Origin: a virus
Virus record (IMG/VR): IMGVR_UViG_3300031227_000034
Coordinates: 6,969 to 70,968 of that record
Reading direction: 5' to 3' (one strand)
DNA length: 64,000 bases
In this document: one piece after another, positions 17,114 through 26,421 of the stretch
How positions within the stretch are numbered: the first letter of the stretch is position 1
Layout: each line of letters begins with the position of its first letter
Program-made: the position numbers and the translations under genes
The notes under the pieces: model-generated
What the model saw: the letters and a program-made list of their open reading frames with translations, nothing else
Told to the model about the DNA's origin: nothing
Database searches by the model: none

Positions 17114-17210
17114 AATAAAATGCATTTTTTACTTGACATGTAAAATCATTTCTATATAATAGATAACAGTTAAGGAAATAGTTTTACAACTTAAAACAAA
17201 AGGATAAATT
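17097..17210 (+). promoter_or_regulatory. repeated promoter+RBS cassette (rightward copy 2)
   Basis: TTGACA(17133)-N16-TATAAT, AAAGGATAA RBS. Confidence 0.85.
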
Positions 17211-17393
17211 ATGAATGAGGCAGAGATTGCAATCTTAAGCGAAACAAGAAAAATATTGTTTGATGTTGTAACAAGATATCAAAATGAGGGAGTGATATCG
17301 GGCAAGAGCTTTAAAAATCTCAAATCAATAAACAAATCAATCAGGCAGAGAATTATAAACACTGAACAAAAAAGGAGTGTCAACAATGACTAA
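17211..17393 (+). CDS. hypothetical protein
   Basis: follows cassette. Confidence 0.55.
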   Translation: MNEAEIAILSETRKILFDVVTRYQNEGVISGKSFKNLKSINKSIRQRIINTEQKRSVNND

Positions 17394-17521
17394 ACAGGAA
17401 ATAAAAAAACTGGGATTGACAGACAGGTTTTTGATTAGCTGGCTTTCAGATGTTTTACTAGGCTTAGCTGCTATAATCGTTTTTATAATTTTACTCGTAA
17501 TTTAAAAAAAGGTGGTATACA

Positions 17522-17833
17522 ATGGCAATTATTAATACAGTGTCAGAATATGAATTTTGCGATGCTTTCAGATTAGCAGGACGACCGGATAACTTCTCCT
17601 ATGAAGGCAGAAAAGCATTATACGAATATCTTGAGCAACTAAGCGAGGATATAGACGAAAATATTGATTTTGATGTTATAGCTATTTGTTGCGACTATTA
17701 CGAATATGACAGTCTTGCTGATTTTCAAGAGGAATATGGCAGAGAGGATTATCAGACTCTTGAGGATATAAGCAATGCCACAACATTAATAGAAATCCCA
17801 TGCGAGGCGGGTTTTATCATTCAGGGATTCTAA
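17522..17833 (+). CDS. acidic phage early-region-type protein
   Basis: F.DAF...R.DNFSYEG..ALYEYLE...DVIAICCDY; D/E-rich. Confidence 0.7.
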   Translation: MAIINTVSEYEFCDAFRLAGRPDNFSYEGRKALYEYLEQLSEDIDENIDFDVIAICCDYYEYDSLADFQEEYGREDYQTLEDISNATTLIEIPCEAGFIIQGF

Positions 17834-17853
17834 ACCATAACAAAAAGGAATCA

Positions 17854-17884
17854 CTGGTATGATTTATTCATATCAGTTTTTTTT
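17854..17884 (+). terminator. intrinsic terminator
   Basis: CTGGTATGA-tttat-TCATATCAG then T-run. Confidence 0.75.
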
Positions 17885-18019
17885 GTGCATTTTTTAAAAT
17901 AAAGCTTGACATAACATTTTGTTTTTTGGTATAATGGATTGACGACCTAAAAAAGTTTTTTCACATATGCATATATCATAAAGTCATATTTCCGAAATAT
18001 GAATATCTTAAAAAATAGA

Positions 18020-18135
18020 CTGGTAAAAATAAACTAAAATAAAATGCATTTTTTACTTGACATATAAAATCATTTCTATATAATCAATCTTGCAAGTCGG
18101 AAATATTTTTTAACTTAATAAAAAGGATACAGAAA
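18020..18135 (+). promoter_or_regulatory. repeated promoter+RBS cassette (rightward copy 3)
   Basis: TTGACA(18057)-N16-TATAAT, same upstream block. Confidence 0.85.
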
Positions 18136-18375
18136 ATGACAAACGAAAACAGAAAAAACTTATTAAGCCTAGAATCATATTGTGAAGATAACGAGATAAA
18201 TATTGATGATGTTAGCGGTGAAATAAACGAAGCACTAAATAGCGAAGAAGGCAACATTATAAAAGCAACTGGGGAAGGCTATCTTCTCAGCGAACATGTG
18301 GCTTTTCAGCTTGCTGAAAATTACGGAGATGAGATATATGATACAGTTTATAAATTGATTGATAGTTATATGTAA
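18136..18375 (+). CDS. acidic hypothetical protein
   Basis: own promoter and terminator; D/E-rich. Confidence 0.65.
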   Translation: MTNENRKNLLSLESYCEDNEINIDDVSGEINEALNSEEGNIIKATGEGYLLSEHVAFQLAENYGDEIYDTVYKLIDSYM

Positions 18376-18395
18376 TATAACTAAAAAGAATACTT

Positions 18396-18425
18396 TGATC
18401 GGCCTGAATGGTCGGTCATTTTTTT
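18396..18425 (+). terminator. intrinsic terminator
   Basis: TGATCGGCC-tgaat-GGTCGGTCA then T7. Confidence 0.75.
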
Positions 18426-18436
18426 GTCCTTATTTC

Positions 18437-18515
18437 CATATTTCCGAAATATGACTTTATGAAATACGTATTTCCGAAATATGGCTTTATGAAATATGAT
18501 AATCCGAAATACGAA
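18437..18515. repeat. 15-bp-period repeat, core GAAATAYG x5
   Basis: tttccgaaatatgac/tttatgaaatacgta/tttccgaaatatggc/tttatgaaatatgat/aatccgaaatacgaa. Confidence 0.85.
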
Positions 18516-18540
18516 AAAAAACACCGACCGGATTTTGAAT

Positions 18541-18670
18541 ATAACAACAGTACATATATTACATTTGAATGTAATAACACTTCTTATGTTACATTTGAAT
18601 GTAATAACAGTGCTTATGTTACATTACCCCCCCCCTATTTGTAATAACAGTACTGTTGTTACATTTAACG
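18541..18670. repeat. 30-bp palindromic repeat x4 interrupted by a C9 tract
   Basis: units at 18541, 18571, 18601, 18641 (GTAATAACAG..C..(A/T)..TTACAT); C9 at 18627-18635. Confidence 0.85.
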
Positions 18671-18763
18671 TCTGTATTGCCCTAATAAATTTATTCGTAA
18701 TTTTTTTTAGCAAAAACGCTTTTTCCCTTGCATTGTTGTTGTTTTTGTGTTATGTTCTTTGTT

Positions 18764-19726
18764 ATGAAAATATTATTGATTGATGCAGACTCGAAAATAC
18801 CTAATTTAGCTCTTATGAAGCTAAGTGCTTATCACAAATCTATTGGCGATACGATCTCTCTTTGTCGGCTTGGTTTGCCCTATTATCCTTCGAGAAATAA
18901 GCGGCATTATTCTTTTTCTTCTGGCATTTATGATAAAATATATTGTAGTGTTGTTTTTGATGGAAATTTGGGGTGGATACATGGCGATGATATTGACTTT
19001 GGCGGAACGGGATATTCTCTTGATAAAGATTTGCCAGACCATATTGAATGCTTGTTGCCCGACTACGGCATATATCCAGAAAACAAAGTTTCCTATGGAT
19101 TTATAAGCCGTGGGTGCATAAGAAATTGCTACTTTTGTAAAGTACCCAAGAAGGAGGGGCATATAAGACAGGTTGGTTTCATTAGCGATATAGTCAGGCA
19201 TAAGGTTGTTAAATTTATGGACAACAACATTCTTGCCCTCCCGAACCATAAAGAAATACTGCAAGAGATTGTAGATAAGAAAATAAGATGTAGTTTTAAT
19301 CAGGGGTTAGATTTAAGATTAGTTGATTCTGAGAACTCGATACTATTGAGCAATATTAATTACGAAGGAGAATACATCTTTGCGTTTGATGACTGGTCGT
19401 ATTTGAAACTTATAGAAAAGAAAATAAAACTTCTTGATTGGGCTAAAGACTGGAAATTAAAGTTTTTTGTTTATTGCCACCCAGACATGGAAATATCTAA
19501 TATTGTCGATAGGATTTCTTGGCTTAAGGAAAGAAAATATTTACCCTACATTATGAGAGATGTTGATTGTTATGGGTCACAGAACGACAATTTTTATAAA
19601 GACATAAGCGCTTGGTGTAATCAGGCTGGATTTTTCAAAAAGAAGTCATTTAAAGATTTTTTAAACACAAGGCACACAAGCCTTAAAAGAATAAATAAAA
19701 GTTTAAACTTGTATAAAGGAGAATAG
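18764..19726 (+). CDS. radical SAM protein
   Basis: SRGCIRNCYFC (CxxxCxxC), MDNNIL, FNQGLDLRL; start MKILLIDADSKIPNLALMKLS. Confidence 0.85.
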   Translation: MKILLIDADSKIPNLALMKLSAYHKSIGDTISLCRLGLPYYPSRNKRHYSFSSGIYDKIYCSVVFDGNLGWIHGDDIDFGGTGYSLDKDLPDHIECLLPDYGIYPENKVSYGFISRGCIRNCYFCKVPKKEGHIRQVGFISDIVRHKVVKFMDNNILALPNHKEILQEIVDKKIRCSFNQGLDLRLVDSENSILLSNINYEGEYIFAFDDWSYLKLIEKKIKLLDWAKDWKLKFFVYCHPDMEISNIVDRISWLKERKYLPYIMRDVDCYGSQNDNFYKDISAWCNQAGFFKKKSFKDFLNTRHTSLKRINKSLNLYKGE

Positions 19727-19728
19727 CG

Positions 19729-20079
19729 ATGAATATCTATTTGGTTTGCAGTGTAAGAAATTGCAGTGACGGAGACCTTGAGTCTTTAACGGGATATGTG
19801 TCAGGTCTTGAATCTATTGGGCATACGGTTCACTTTCCACACAGAGATACAAACCAAGGCGAAACCGGTATTAATATTTGCGAACAAAACACCGAGGCCA
19901 TGATGTCGTGCGATGAGGCCCATATTTTTTTTGATAAAACATCATTTGGCAGTCATTTTGACCTTGGTGTTTTGTTCGCGCTTAAAAAGAAAATAGTTGT
20001 TATTAAAAATGTTTCCTATGGGGAGGGGAAATCTTTTCCAAGAATGATAGACGAGTGGGAAAGTCGGAAGAAACCATAA
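19729..20079 (+). CDS. nucleoside 2-deoxyribosyltransferase-like protein
   Basis: IYL....R, GHTVHFPHRDT, S.GSHFDLG. Confidence 0.65.
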   Translation: MNIYLVCSVRNCSDGDLESLTGYVSGLESIGHTVHFPHRDTNQGETGINICEQNTEAMMSCDEAHIFFDKTSFGSHFDLGVLFALKKKIVVIKNVSYGEGKSFPRMIDEWESRKKP

Positions 20080-20206
20080 ATTTATTCTTATTTTTTTTAT
20101 TAGAAAGTGGTTTTTTGTGTTGTGTCCCCATAATTTTGCTAGTATTTTTTTTATATAATTTGGTTTTTTGCGGTTATGCCCCGTAGGTTTGTTTTTGTTT
20201 TCACGA

Positions 20207-20659
20207 TTACTCCATCCATTCTTGTTTACCGTTGTCGATTAATTTTTGTAATTCTTTGTGTGGCTTCATGTTTTTGTGTTTCAGCTTGTATATTATTAGC
20301 CATGCCAATTTTTCTTTATCGTTGTATATTTCTTCTTTTTCTTTCAGTCCGATAATCACTTGGAAACATTCTTTTGAGCATGTTGCTTTCTTTTTGCCTT
20401 GAGGGTTTGTAAATTCTCGCCCACATAGCTCGCAGGTCTGTATTGCGAGTCTACCCCTGCCCCAAGTTCCGTCTTCGCAGTGAATCTTGGCGTGGCAAGC
20501 TCTACAGACGGTAATTAGGTTTGATTCTCTATTGTCTGTCTTGTCTTTATTAATGTGGTGAACGTCAAGCATCCTTTTGAATAGTCTTTGGTGTTTGTCG
20601 CATTTCTCACATTTTGTTTTTCTGTATTTTGTATACTGATTTTCGTTTCTATCGCTCAT
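20207..20659 (-). CDS. HNH endonuclease with C-terminal zinc ribbon
   Basis: CEKC, LDVHHINKDKTDNRESNLITVCRACHAKIH, CELC...CSKEC. Confidence 0.85.
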   Translation of the reverse strand: MSDRNENQYTKYRKTKCEKCDKHQRLFKRMLDVHHINKDKTDNRESNLITVCRACHAKIHCEDGTWGRGRLAIQTCELCGREFTNPQGKKKATCSKECFQVIIGLKEKEEIYNDKEKLAWLIIYKLKHKNMKPHKELQKLIDNGKQEWME

Positions 20660-21142
20660 TTATTGGCACTCCTTAATTTTGTTAAAGTGCTTTTTAAAAA
20701 TCGCCAACAGATCATCACTACAAATTTGGTCTTCCTCCTTCTTATAATATAAACCATGATATTCTTCAATGACTTCAATGGCACATTCAAGATCAAGAAA
20801 CATCCTCTTAGAATTTCTAACCATTGATGACAGTTGATTAGAATAAAGCTCATCCTTAAAGCATTCTCCACTCCGAATAAAATCATCGTGTTCCTCATCG
20901 TATGTCAAGTCGTTGCCAGACTTAAAAACGACACAGCTAAACTCATGTTCGCTTCCTGTATATTCATCTTTCATCATATTGCAGTTTTTACAATGTTTTT
21001 TTCCGAATCCAGTAATATTTATAAATTTTTCATAATGATTATTAATAGGTGTTGCGAGATTTCTTGGGTCTGATTGTTTATATGGTCTGCCAGTTCTCTT
21101 TTCAATTTCCATCTCAAACCATTTTTTGGGTACTATTGGCAT
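20660..21142 (-). CDS. hypothetical protein
   Basis: GGGAG RBS. Confidence 0.6.
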   Translation of the reverse strand: MPIVPKKWFEMEIEKRTGRPYKQSDPRNLATPINNHYEKFINITGFGKKHCKNCNMMKDEYTGSEHEFSCVVFKSGNDLTYDEEHDDFIRSGECFKDELYSNQLSSMVRNSKRMFLDLECAIEVIEEYHGLYYKKEEDQICSDDLLAIFKKHFNKIKECQ

Positions 21143-21157
21143 TTTTTATTCTCCCTT

Positions 21158-21709
21158 TTAGACCGAAGTTCTAATATTTCCTGCCCACCAAGAAACAGGT
21201 TCTTTGTTTTCTGATATCACTTTGTTTAGGTTGTCGAAAGCGTCAACAACATCTTGTGGAAAGGAACTCTCGTCTCCGTCTTCTGGAAGTATATCATTGT
21301 AAATGTCTACCATTTCAAGCTCGTGAACAGTTTGTGAAACACACAAAACCAACATTAAGTCTCCAATATCACAATCGTTTTCTTCACAATAACAATCAAC
21401 GTCATATTCATCGTAAAAATATTCATCAGAATCATATAAAGCCATTGGTGTTTTTCCGTCCCATTTTTCATATGCTAGATTAGAATACTTATCTCTTTCA
21501 GACTTTGCCAAACAGGAAGGGCATAAAGTGTAGAAAGACTTTTTATCAAACGCCATTCCACATTGGCTACATTCTTTATGTGTCATTCCCTCAAGCCTAG
21601 CAGCACGCTCATTTTCACTAAATAGCAAACCGTTTGCCACCCAGCCTTTGACCTTAACTTCTTTGTATTCTGCCGCTTTGTCATCTTCCATAAATATTAT
21701 TTCACTCAT
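21158..21709 (-). CDS. acidic phage hypothetical protein with zinc ribbon
   Basis: THKECSQC...CPSC, WDGKTP. Confidence 0.65.
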   Translation of the reverse strand: MSEIIFMEDDKAAEYKEVKVKGWVANGLLFSENERAARLEGMTHKECSQCGMAFDKKSFYTLCPSCLAKSERDKYSNLAYEKWDGKTPMALYDSDEYFYDEYDVDCYCEENDCDIGDLMLVLCVSQTVHELEMVDIYNDILPEDGDESSFPQDVVDAFDNLNKVISENKEPVSWWAGNIRTSV

Positions 21710-21712
21710 TAT

Positions 21713-22012
21713 TTATCTCCCCAATATGTTTAAAAGTTTTGTAACGTCACTTAAGTTTACAGCCATTGCAACAGTGTCAACCAAAAGATTGTCATATAAA
21801 TATTTACTAACAACATCTGGAGCATCAATATCGAGTGACCAGATTTTATCAGAATATCCAATGTCCCCAAATTCAATATCGTCAGACGATTCAGATAATG
21901 TTGGGTATCCTTCCTGTTTTATTGATTTGTTTATTCCGCAAATGTTTATTTTCAAGTCGAAGTCTTCAAGGTTGTTTGTCTTTATATATTCTACCAGTTC
22001 TTTTACTTTCAT
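21713..22012 (-). CDS. hypothetical protein
   Basis: AAAGGGA RBS before MKVKEL. Confidence 0.55.
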   Translation of the reverse strand: MKVKELVEYIKTNNLEDFDLKINICGINKSIKQEGYPTLSESSDDIEFGDIGYSDKIWSLDIDAPDVVSKYLYDNLLVDTVAMAVNLSDVTKLLNILGR

Positions 22013-22031
22013 TTTAATCCCTTTTTGTTTA

Positions 22032-22748
22032 TTATAATTGGGCCGGATGCAGCGAATCAAGACCTGCCGGAGTCTTATCTAATCCAAAGGCTACAATCGT
22101 ATTTCGCAATATATTAACCATCGTAGAAGACATGTTAAATCTCTTAGCATTAATTTTCAGAGACTCCACGATGTCTCCATCGTCATGACGCATGGTGGCC
22201 GCTTTCCAGTCACAAAGCAATTTCAATAGATCAAGCAGCGTCATATCTTCCATACCATTCTCATAATACTCTGGATGGTGAGAATTGTTAGCATAGTGAT
22301 GATCCAATGCGGGTTTCATTTCTGAAAGGAATTGTTTATATTCATCTGACCCATAGGTAGAACCCTTTAGCTTAGCGGTATACTTTGCGAATGTCTCTGA
22401 TTCTGGTGAATGCAGCTTGCTTTGGTCATGCAAAAGCATACGATCCATAAGGTCCTGAATAAACACAGTCATAATTCTCTGAACTTGCTGAATATGTTTT
22501 AGAGTAGCATTATTTGCTTCTAGCTGTTTTGTGTCTTTTACTTTCATTTTGTCTAGTTCCATATTTATCTTTTTGACAAGACTTGTCATTTGTAGATGTA
22601 AGTCTTGTGCCTGTTTGTTTCCAGACAAATAGTCATCGCCGGATTCTAATGCCCGCAGTTTAGGCTCTACACTGGCTAACGTCTCCCTGATTTCTTTTTC
22701 ATAATTAACTATTTTTTCAAAAGCATCTTGTACGAAATTTTCACTCAT
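22032..22748 (-). CDS. HD-domain DUF5662-like protein with N-terminal coiled-coil extension
   Basis: LHDQSKL, ALDHHYANNSHHPEYY, LLCDWKAA. Confidence 0.7.
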   Translation of the reverse strand: MSENFVQDAFEKIVNYEKEIRETLASVEPKLRALESGDDYLSGNKQAQDLHLQMTSLVKKINMELDKMKVKDTKQLEANNATLKHIQQVQRIMTVFIQDLMDRMLLHDQSKLHSPESETFAKYTAKLKGSTYGSDEYKQFLSEMKPALDHHYANNSHHPEYYENGMEDMTLLDLLKLLCDWKAATMRHDDGDIVESLKINAKRFNMSSTMVNILRNTIVAFGLDKTPAGLDSLHPAQL

Positions 22749-22914
22749 TTTGTTTTCTCCTTTTTAAGTTGTGTGTATATTAGAACATTATTACCGTTAT
22801 GTCAAGGTTTTTTTTTGTGTGACCAGCATAAAATTATTTTTAATTTTTATCTTGTATTTTTGGTTTTAGTGTGTTATTGTGTTTTTATTGTTAATTTATA
22901 TGGAGATTTTTGAC

Positions 22915-23520
22915 ATGGCTACAGTTGATTTAGTATTTAGAGATTTGCCAGATGTTTTTGAGTGGGACAAATATAGCAATCTTGAGGTTGGAAAGTTTTG
23001 TTTCACAACATTTAAAAACGGGACGCTTTACGACTGTTACTGTGGTGTATTTAGCAAAGGCTGCGACAAGTACATTGATGTTGGTTATCTATTTGATTTC
23101 ACGGGATTTCACAGTGATGATCTCGGCAAAGTTTGTAGAGCCGTTGAGCGATGGATAAGAGAGAGAGAATATATTGAAGAAGATTGTGACGATAGATGCG
23201 AAACTGATTACAAAAAGGCTATGGATGGAGGGCTTGACATGAATACTAGACTGGGATTATTGTTTATTGACTTGCCGGATGAGTTTGAGTGGGTTGATAG
23301 AAATAACCCCGTGAACTATTCTTTAAAGTCAATATTGGTGCTTGGAGATATTTTAATATATTTAAAAGAATATGACAGTGGTTGCACCTATGTTGCGGAG
23401 TCTGGAAAGATTTATACTGATGGTGCTTTAATTCCGTCATTTTCTTTAACTGTCTATGAGTCTTGTGTTGACGATGCAAAATTTGCTGTTGAAAAATGGC
23501 TTAGAAGTCACGGGGTATAA
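22915..23520 (+). CDS. hypothetical protein, two copies of the domain in 1912-2202
   Basis: DLPDVFEW...ERWIRE and DLPDEFEW...EKWLRS. Confidence 0.65.
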   Translation: MATVDLVFRDLPDVFEWDKYSNLEVGKFCFTTFKNGTLYDCYCGVFSKGCDKYIDVGYLFDFTGFHSDDLGKVCRAVERWIREREYIEEDCDDRCETDYKKAMDGGLDMNTRLGLLFIDLPDEFEWVDRNNPVNYSLKSILVLGDILIYLKEYDSGCTYVAESGKIYTDGALIPSFSLTVYESCVDDAKFAVEKWLRSHGV

Positions 23521-23658
23521 AACGAGTATTGTGAGTTTATTGAAGTTGGCAACCATATGTTTATTCAACTAATAGAGCCTGAGTTTTCTTGTGATTTTTA
23601 TACAAGATGGAGTTATGGCGAACCTATGGCGTGGTATTTTGAAATTTAAGGAGACTTC

Positions 23659-23844
23659 ATGAAATCTTTTACAATACCTGTAGAAATTACTCCAGACGAG
23701 GATGGCGTTCATTGTGGCGATTGTAATGAGGCTTTTGGGGGAATATGTTTGCGTGGTTATCTTACAGACGGAAGTTTAAACCTAAAATGTGACGGTGAAG
23801 ATACAGTCAGACCGGAAGAATGTCTGGAGGCGGAGCAAGAATAA
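23659..23844 (+). CDS. small Cys-rich protein
   Basis: paralogue of 1436-1912 core. Confidence 0.6.
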   Translation: MKSFTIPVEITPDEDGVHCGDCNEAFGGICLRGYLTDGSLNLKCDGEDTVRPEECLEAEQE

Positions 23845-24001
23845 TTCATTTATAACCACAAAGATTTTCACGAATGCAAGAAGTGTGGCAATATTGATTG
23901 TGATGGTGCTAAATCCCGATGTGACGACTTTATTGAGAAGACTTAAAATAAGTCCATACTTTTTCTTTGAAGCTGGCCAGTCTCGGTTTGTATTTTTTTG
24001 T

Positions 24002-24352
24002 TTAAATTGTGCTTGGGTTTACTTTGACAAAATATCTAAACTCTTTGTTTATGTCATAATTGTCAGTAATAACCATCGGAAGCAATTTTGTAAACTTTAT
24101 TTCATTTGCTCTGGTTGACATAAATTTTATTAGTTCAGTCTCGTTTTTAATTTCTCTGAGACGGTATTGAAAAAACCCGATTGCGATCTTGGTTCTCTCC
24201 ACGCTAATCTGAGGGAACAATAATTGAATCCTTGAAGTGTCAGATGTCATTTGGTAATCGCAACCCTTTTCTTTTATAACCACTATGCCGATATTTACTG
24301 CTTCAAAGTTTTCTCTATATTGTATAATTGTGTATTTTGCTTTTTCTTTCAT
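24002..24352 (-). CDS. DUF3037-like protein
   Basis: YTIIQY...EAVNIGIVV, RI..LFP, N.IKFT. Confidence 0.55.
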   Translation of the reverse strand: MKEKAKYTIIQYRENFEAVNIGIVVIKEKGCDYQMTSDTSRIQLLFPQISVERTKIAIGFFQYRLREIKNETELIKFMSTRANEIKFTKLLPMVITDNYDINKEFRYFVKVNPSTI

Positions 24353-25059
24353 TATCTTAGCCTTTCCGTAAGAACATCAAAATAATGTTTATCGTTTTCA
24401 ATTAATATACAATCTCTCCCTGTATTTTTACACGCTAAACCTGTTGTTCCAGAGCCGGCACAATTATCCAAAACAACATCTCCGTGATTTGTATATGTAT
24501 TAATTAAAAACTCACATAACGCTAAAGGTTTTTGTGTCTCGTGTAATTTTGACTTGTCACGATTAAATTTAAGAACCTGTGTAGGATATCTTGTTCCGTT
24601 ATCTACATATGGTGTAACTTTAATTAAATTTGTGGCACTTGTGCCTGTGTGATTTCCTTTTGGGCTGTTTGTTACTGGTTTTCCTGTGTGAATTAACATT
24701 TGTGGATTATATGTTGGCTGTTTTTTATAGAACACAGATATTGTCTCGATTGTTTTTCCTGCTCTTTTCTTTACTTGAAAAACATTTGTTAATCTTTCTT
24801 TTTCCCAATACCAATCATATTTATAGTTTTTTACATTACTTAATCTAAGGCTGCTAGAAAATGGTTCTTGACCAAACAGAAGTATTGCCGAATTTTCTTT
24901 TGTTATTCTGTCATATTGTTTCCACAATTCTTTTAAGTCAATTTCTGTATCCCAACTTAATTTTGTTTGTCTGTATGGCAGGTCACACAAGACCATGTTT
25001 ACAGAATTGTCTTTCAGTCCACTCATTATTTGTAAGCAGTCTCCGAATATTGTTGTCAT
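24352..25059 (-). CDS. N6-A/N4-C DNA methyltransferase (beta class)
   Basis: GDCL, DLPY, HETQKP, VLDNCAGSGTT. Confidence 0.9.
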   Translation of the reverse strand: MTTIFGDCLQIMSGLKDNSVNMVLCDLPYRQTKLSWDTEIDLKELWKQYDRITKENSAILLFGQEPFSSSLRLSNVKNYKYDWYWEKERLTNVFQVKKRAGKTIETISVFYKKQPTYNPQMLIHTGKPVTNSPKGNHTGTSATNLIKVTPYVDNGTRYPTQVLKFNRDKSKLHETQKPLALCEFLINTYTNHGDVVLDNCAGSGTTGLACKNTGRDCILIENDKHYFDVLTERLR

Positions 25060-25375
25060 TGTTTCAGTCCTTTAAATATATGACAAATAACGTCTATTGT
25101 CCAGCAGTTACCAAGAGCCTGATATCGCCTTGAGTTGCTTACACAGTCAGTGTATCCATCGTCAACTGTTTGTAATCTTTTTGTGAAATATTTTTCCTCC
25201 AACGCTTAGATAAACATCTGTTAGTCTTTTTATAGTTGTTGCGATTATTGTTTCCTCATCGCTTTCATTTCCGCATCTTGAACAATATACTCCGCCTTTA
25301 CTGTTTTCAAAAAGAGAATATTTTGTATTACAGAAAATACATCTTTGATCGAATCTCAGTTTCTTTTCAAATGTT

Positions 25376-25621
25376 TCAGCCATTTTTAATATCCTGTTGT
25401 CTCTTGTTTACTTCAATACTGTAAAACAAACATGCGACACCTTCTTTTGGTTTTTTCTTCATCATATCTTTTTCAGACTTATCAAAAATATAGTCGTATA
25501 TCTGAATCGAAGTTAGTCCCCAGTCTTCAATTATTCCAGAATATGTGCCAACAATAGTCTCGCCATCTTTGTTTTCAGCAGAAAGCGTTATAATATAAAA
25601 CAAATCTTTTTCTTTACTCAT
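25376..25621 (-). CDS. hypothetical protein
   Basis: AGGTGG RBS. Confidence 0.5.
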   Translation of the reverse strand: MSKEKDLFYIITLSAENKDGETIVGTYSGIIEDWGLTSIQIYDYIFDKSEKDMMKKKPKEGVACLFYSIEVNKRQQDIKNG

Positions 25622-26109
25622 TATTTAACCACCTGTCTTGTTTTTTTGCATCTTTATTTTCATTTAACTTCTTTCCATCGCCAACGATAACCGTACTTTC
25701 TATGCTCTCTATCGGATTGTTAAGCACTAAATAGATTATTATTGTCCGCTCGCTGTTATCTACATATATGTTACAAATATTGTCAACCATTTTTTTCTTT
25801 CTTGTCGTCTAGGTTAATTGTAATTGTTGCCTCAATATTGTGAACAGTAAAGTATGGCTGCAAATAAAATCCACGGTAAACTCTATTTTCTTTATCTTCT
25901 TCTGCTGGCTCTTTTTCTGGTATTACCAGTTTGTATTTAATGTTGCTCACTCCGGTTGCTCCATCCAATATTCTGCGACACCGATACTAAATTTAAAACA
26001 CAAAATTCTTACAAAACAAGTTAACCCAAGACCGTCATCGTTATATTTGGCACCAATTATAATCCCGCTTTTCATTTTTAAAAGACATTTCTGTCCGTGT
26101 TCTGGAAGT

Positions 26110-26421
26110 TTATCTTTTGGTAAAATCCAATTGGTTTTCGTATCTTTCTAAGAAGTCATTATTTTTTAAAAACTTATGATGATCTAACTTTTCAACAACA
26201 ACCCAATCTCCGTCTGACATCTCTGCATTAAATGAGTGTTTATGTTTTTTCTTGTAGTCGATCACAAGCCATTTTCTTCCGCTTGCAGACTCTAACTCAA
26301 CAACATCGTATCCCAAGAAGTCAGATATCACCTCTCTGCTTTCTTTTGTTCCATTATATTGAGTTGCCCATACCGTCTTTGTTCTTTCTTTGTATTTTTT
26401 AACGCTTATTGTTTTTTTCAT
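26110..26421 (-). CDS. phage hypothetical protein
   Basis: KY...VWATQYNG...GDWVV...F..RYE pattern. Confidence 0.55.
   Translation of the reverse strand: MKKTISVKKYKERTKTVWATQYNGTKESREVISDFLGYDVVELESASGRKWLVIDYKKKHKHSFNAEMSDGDWVVVEKLDHHKFLKNNDFLERYENQLDFTKR

Noticed and set aside
18437-18670. CRISPR array, or ORFs 18408-18644 and 18496-18783
   Set aside because: Units are tandem without unique spacers and no cas genes are present; the ORFs are translations of repeats, lack RBS and follow a terminator.
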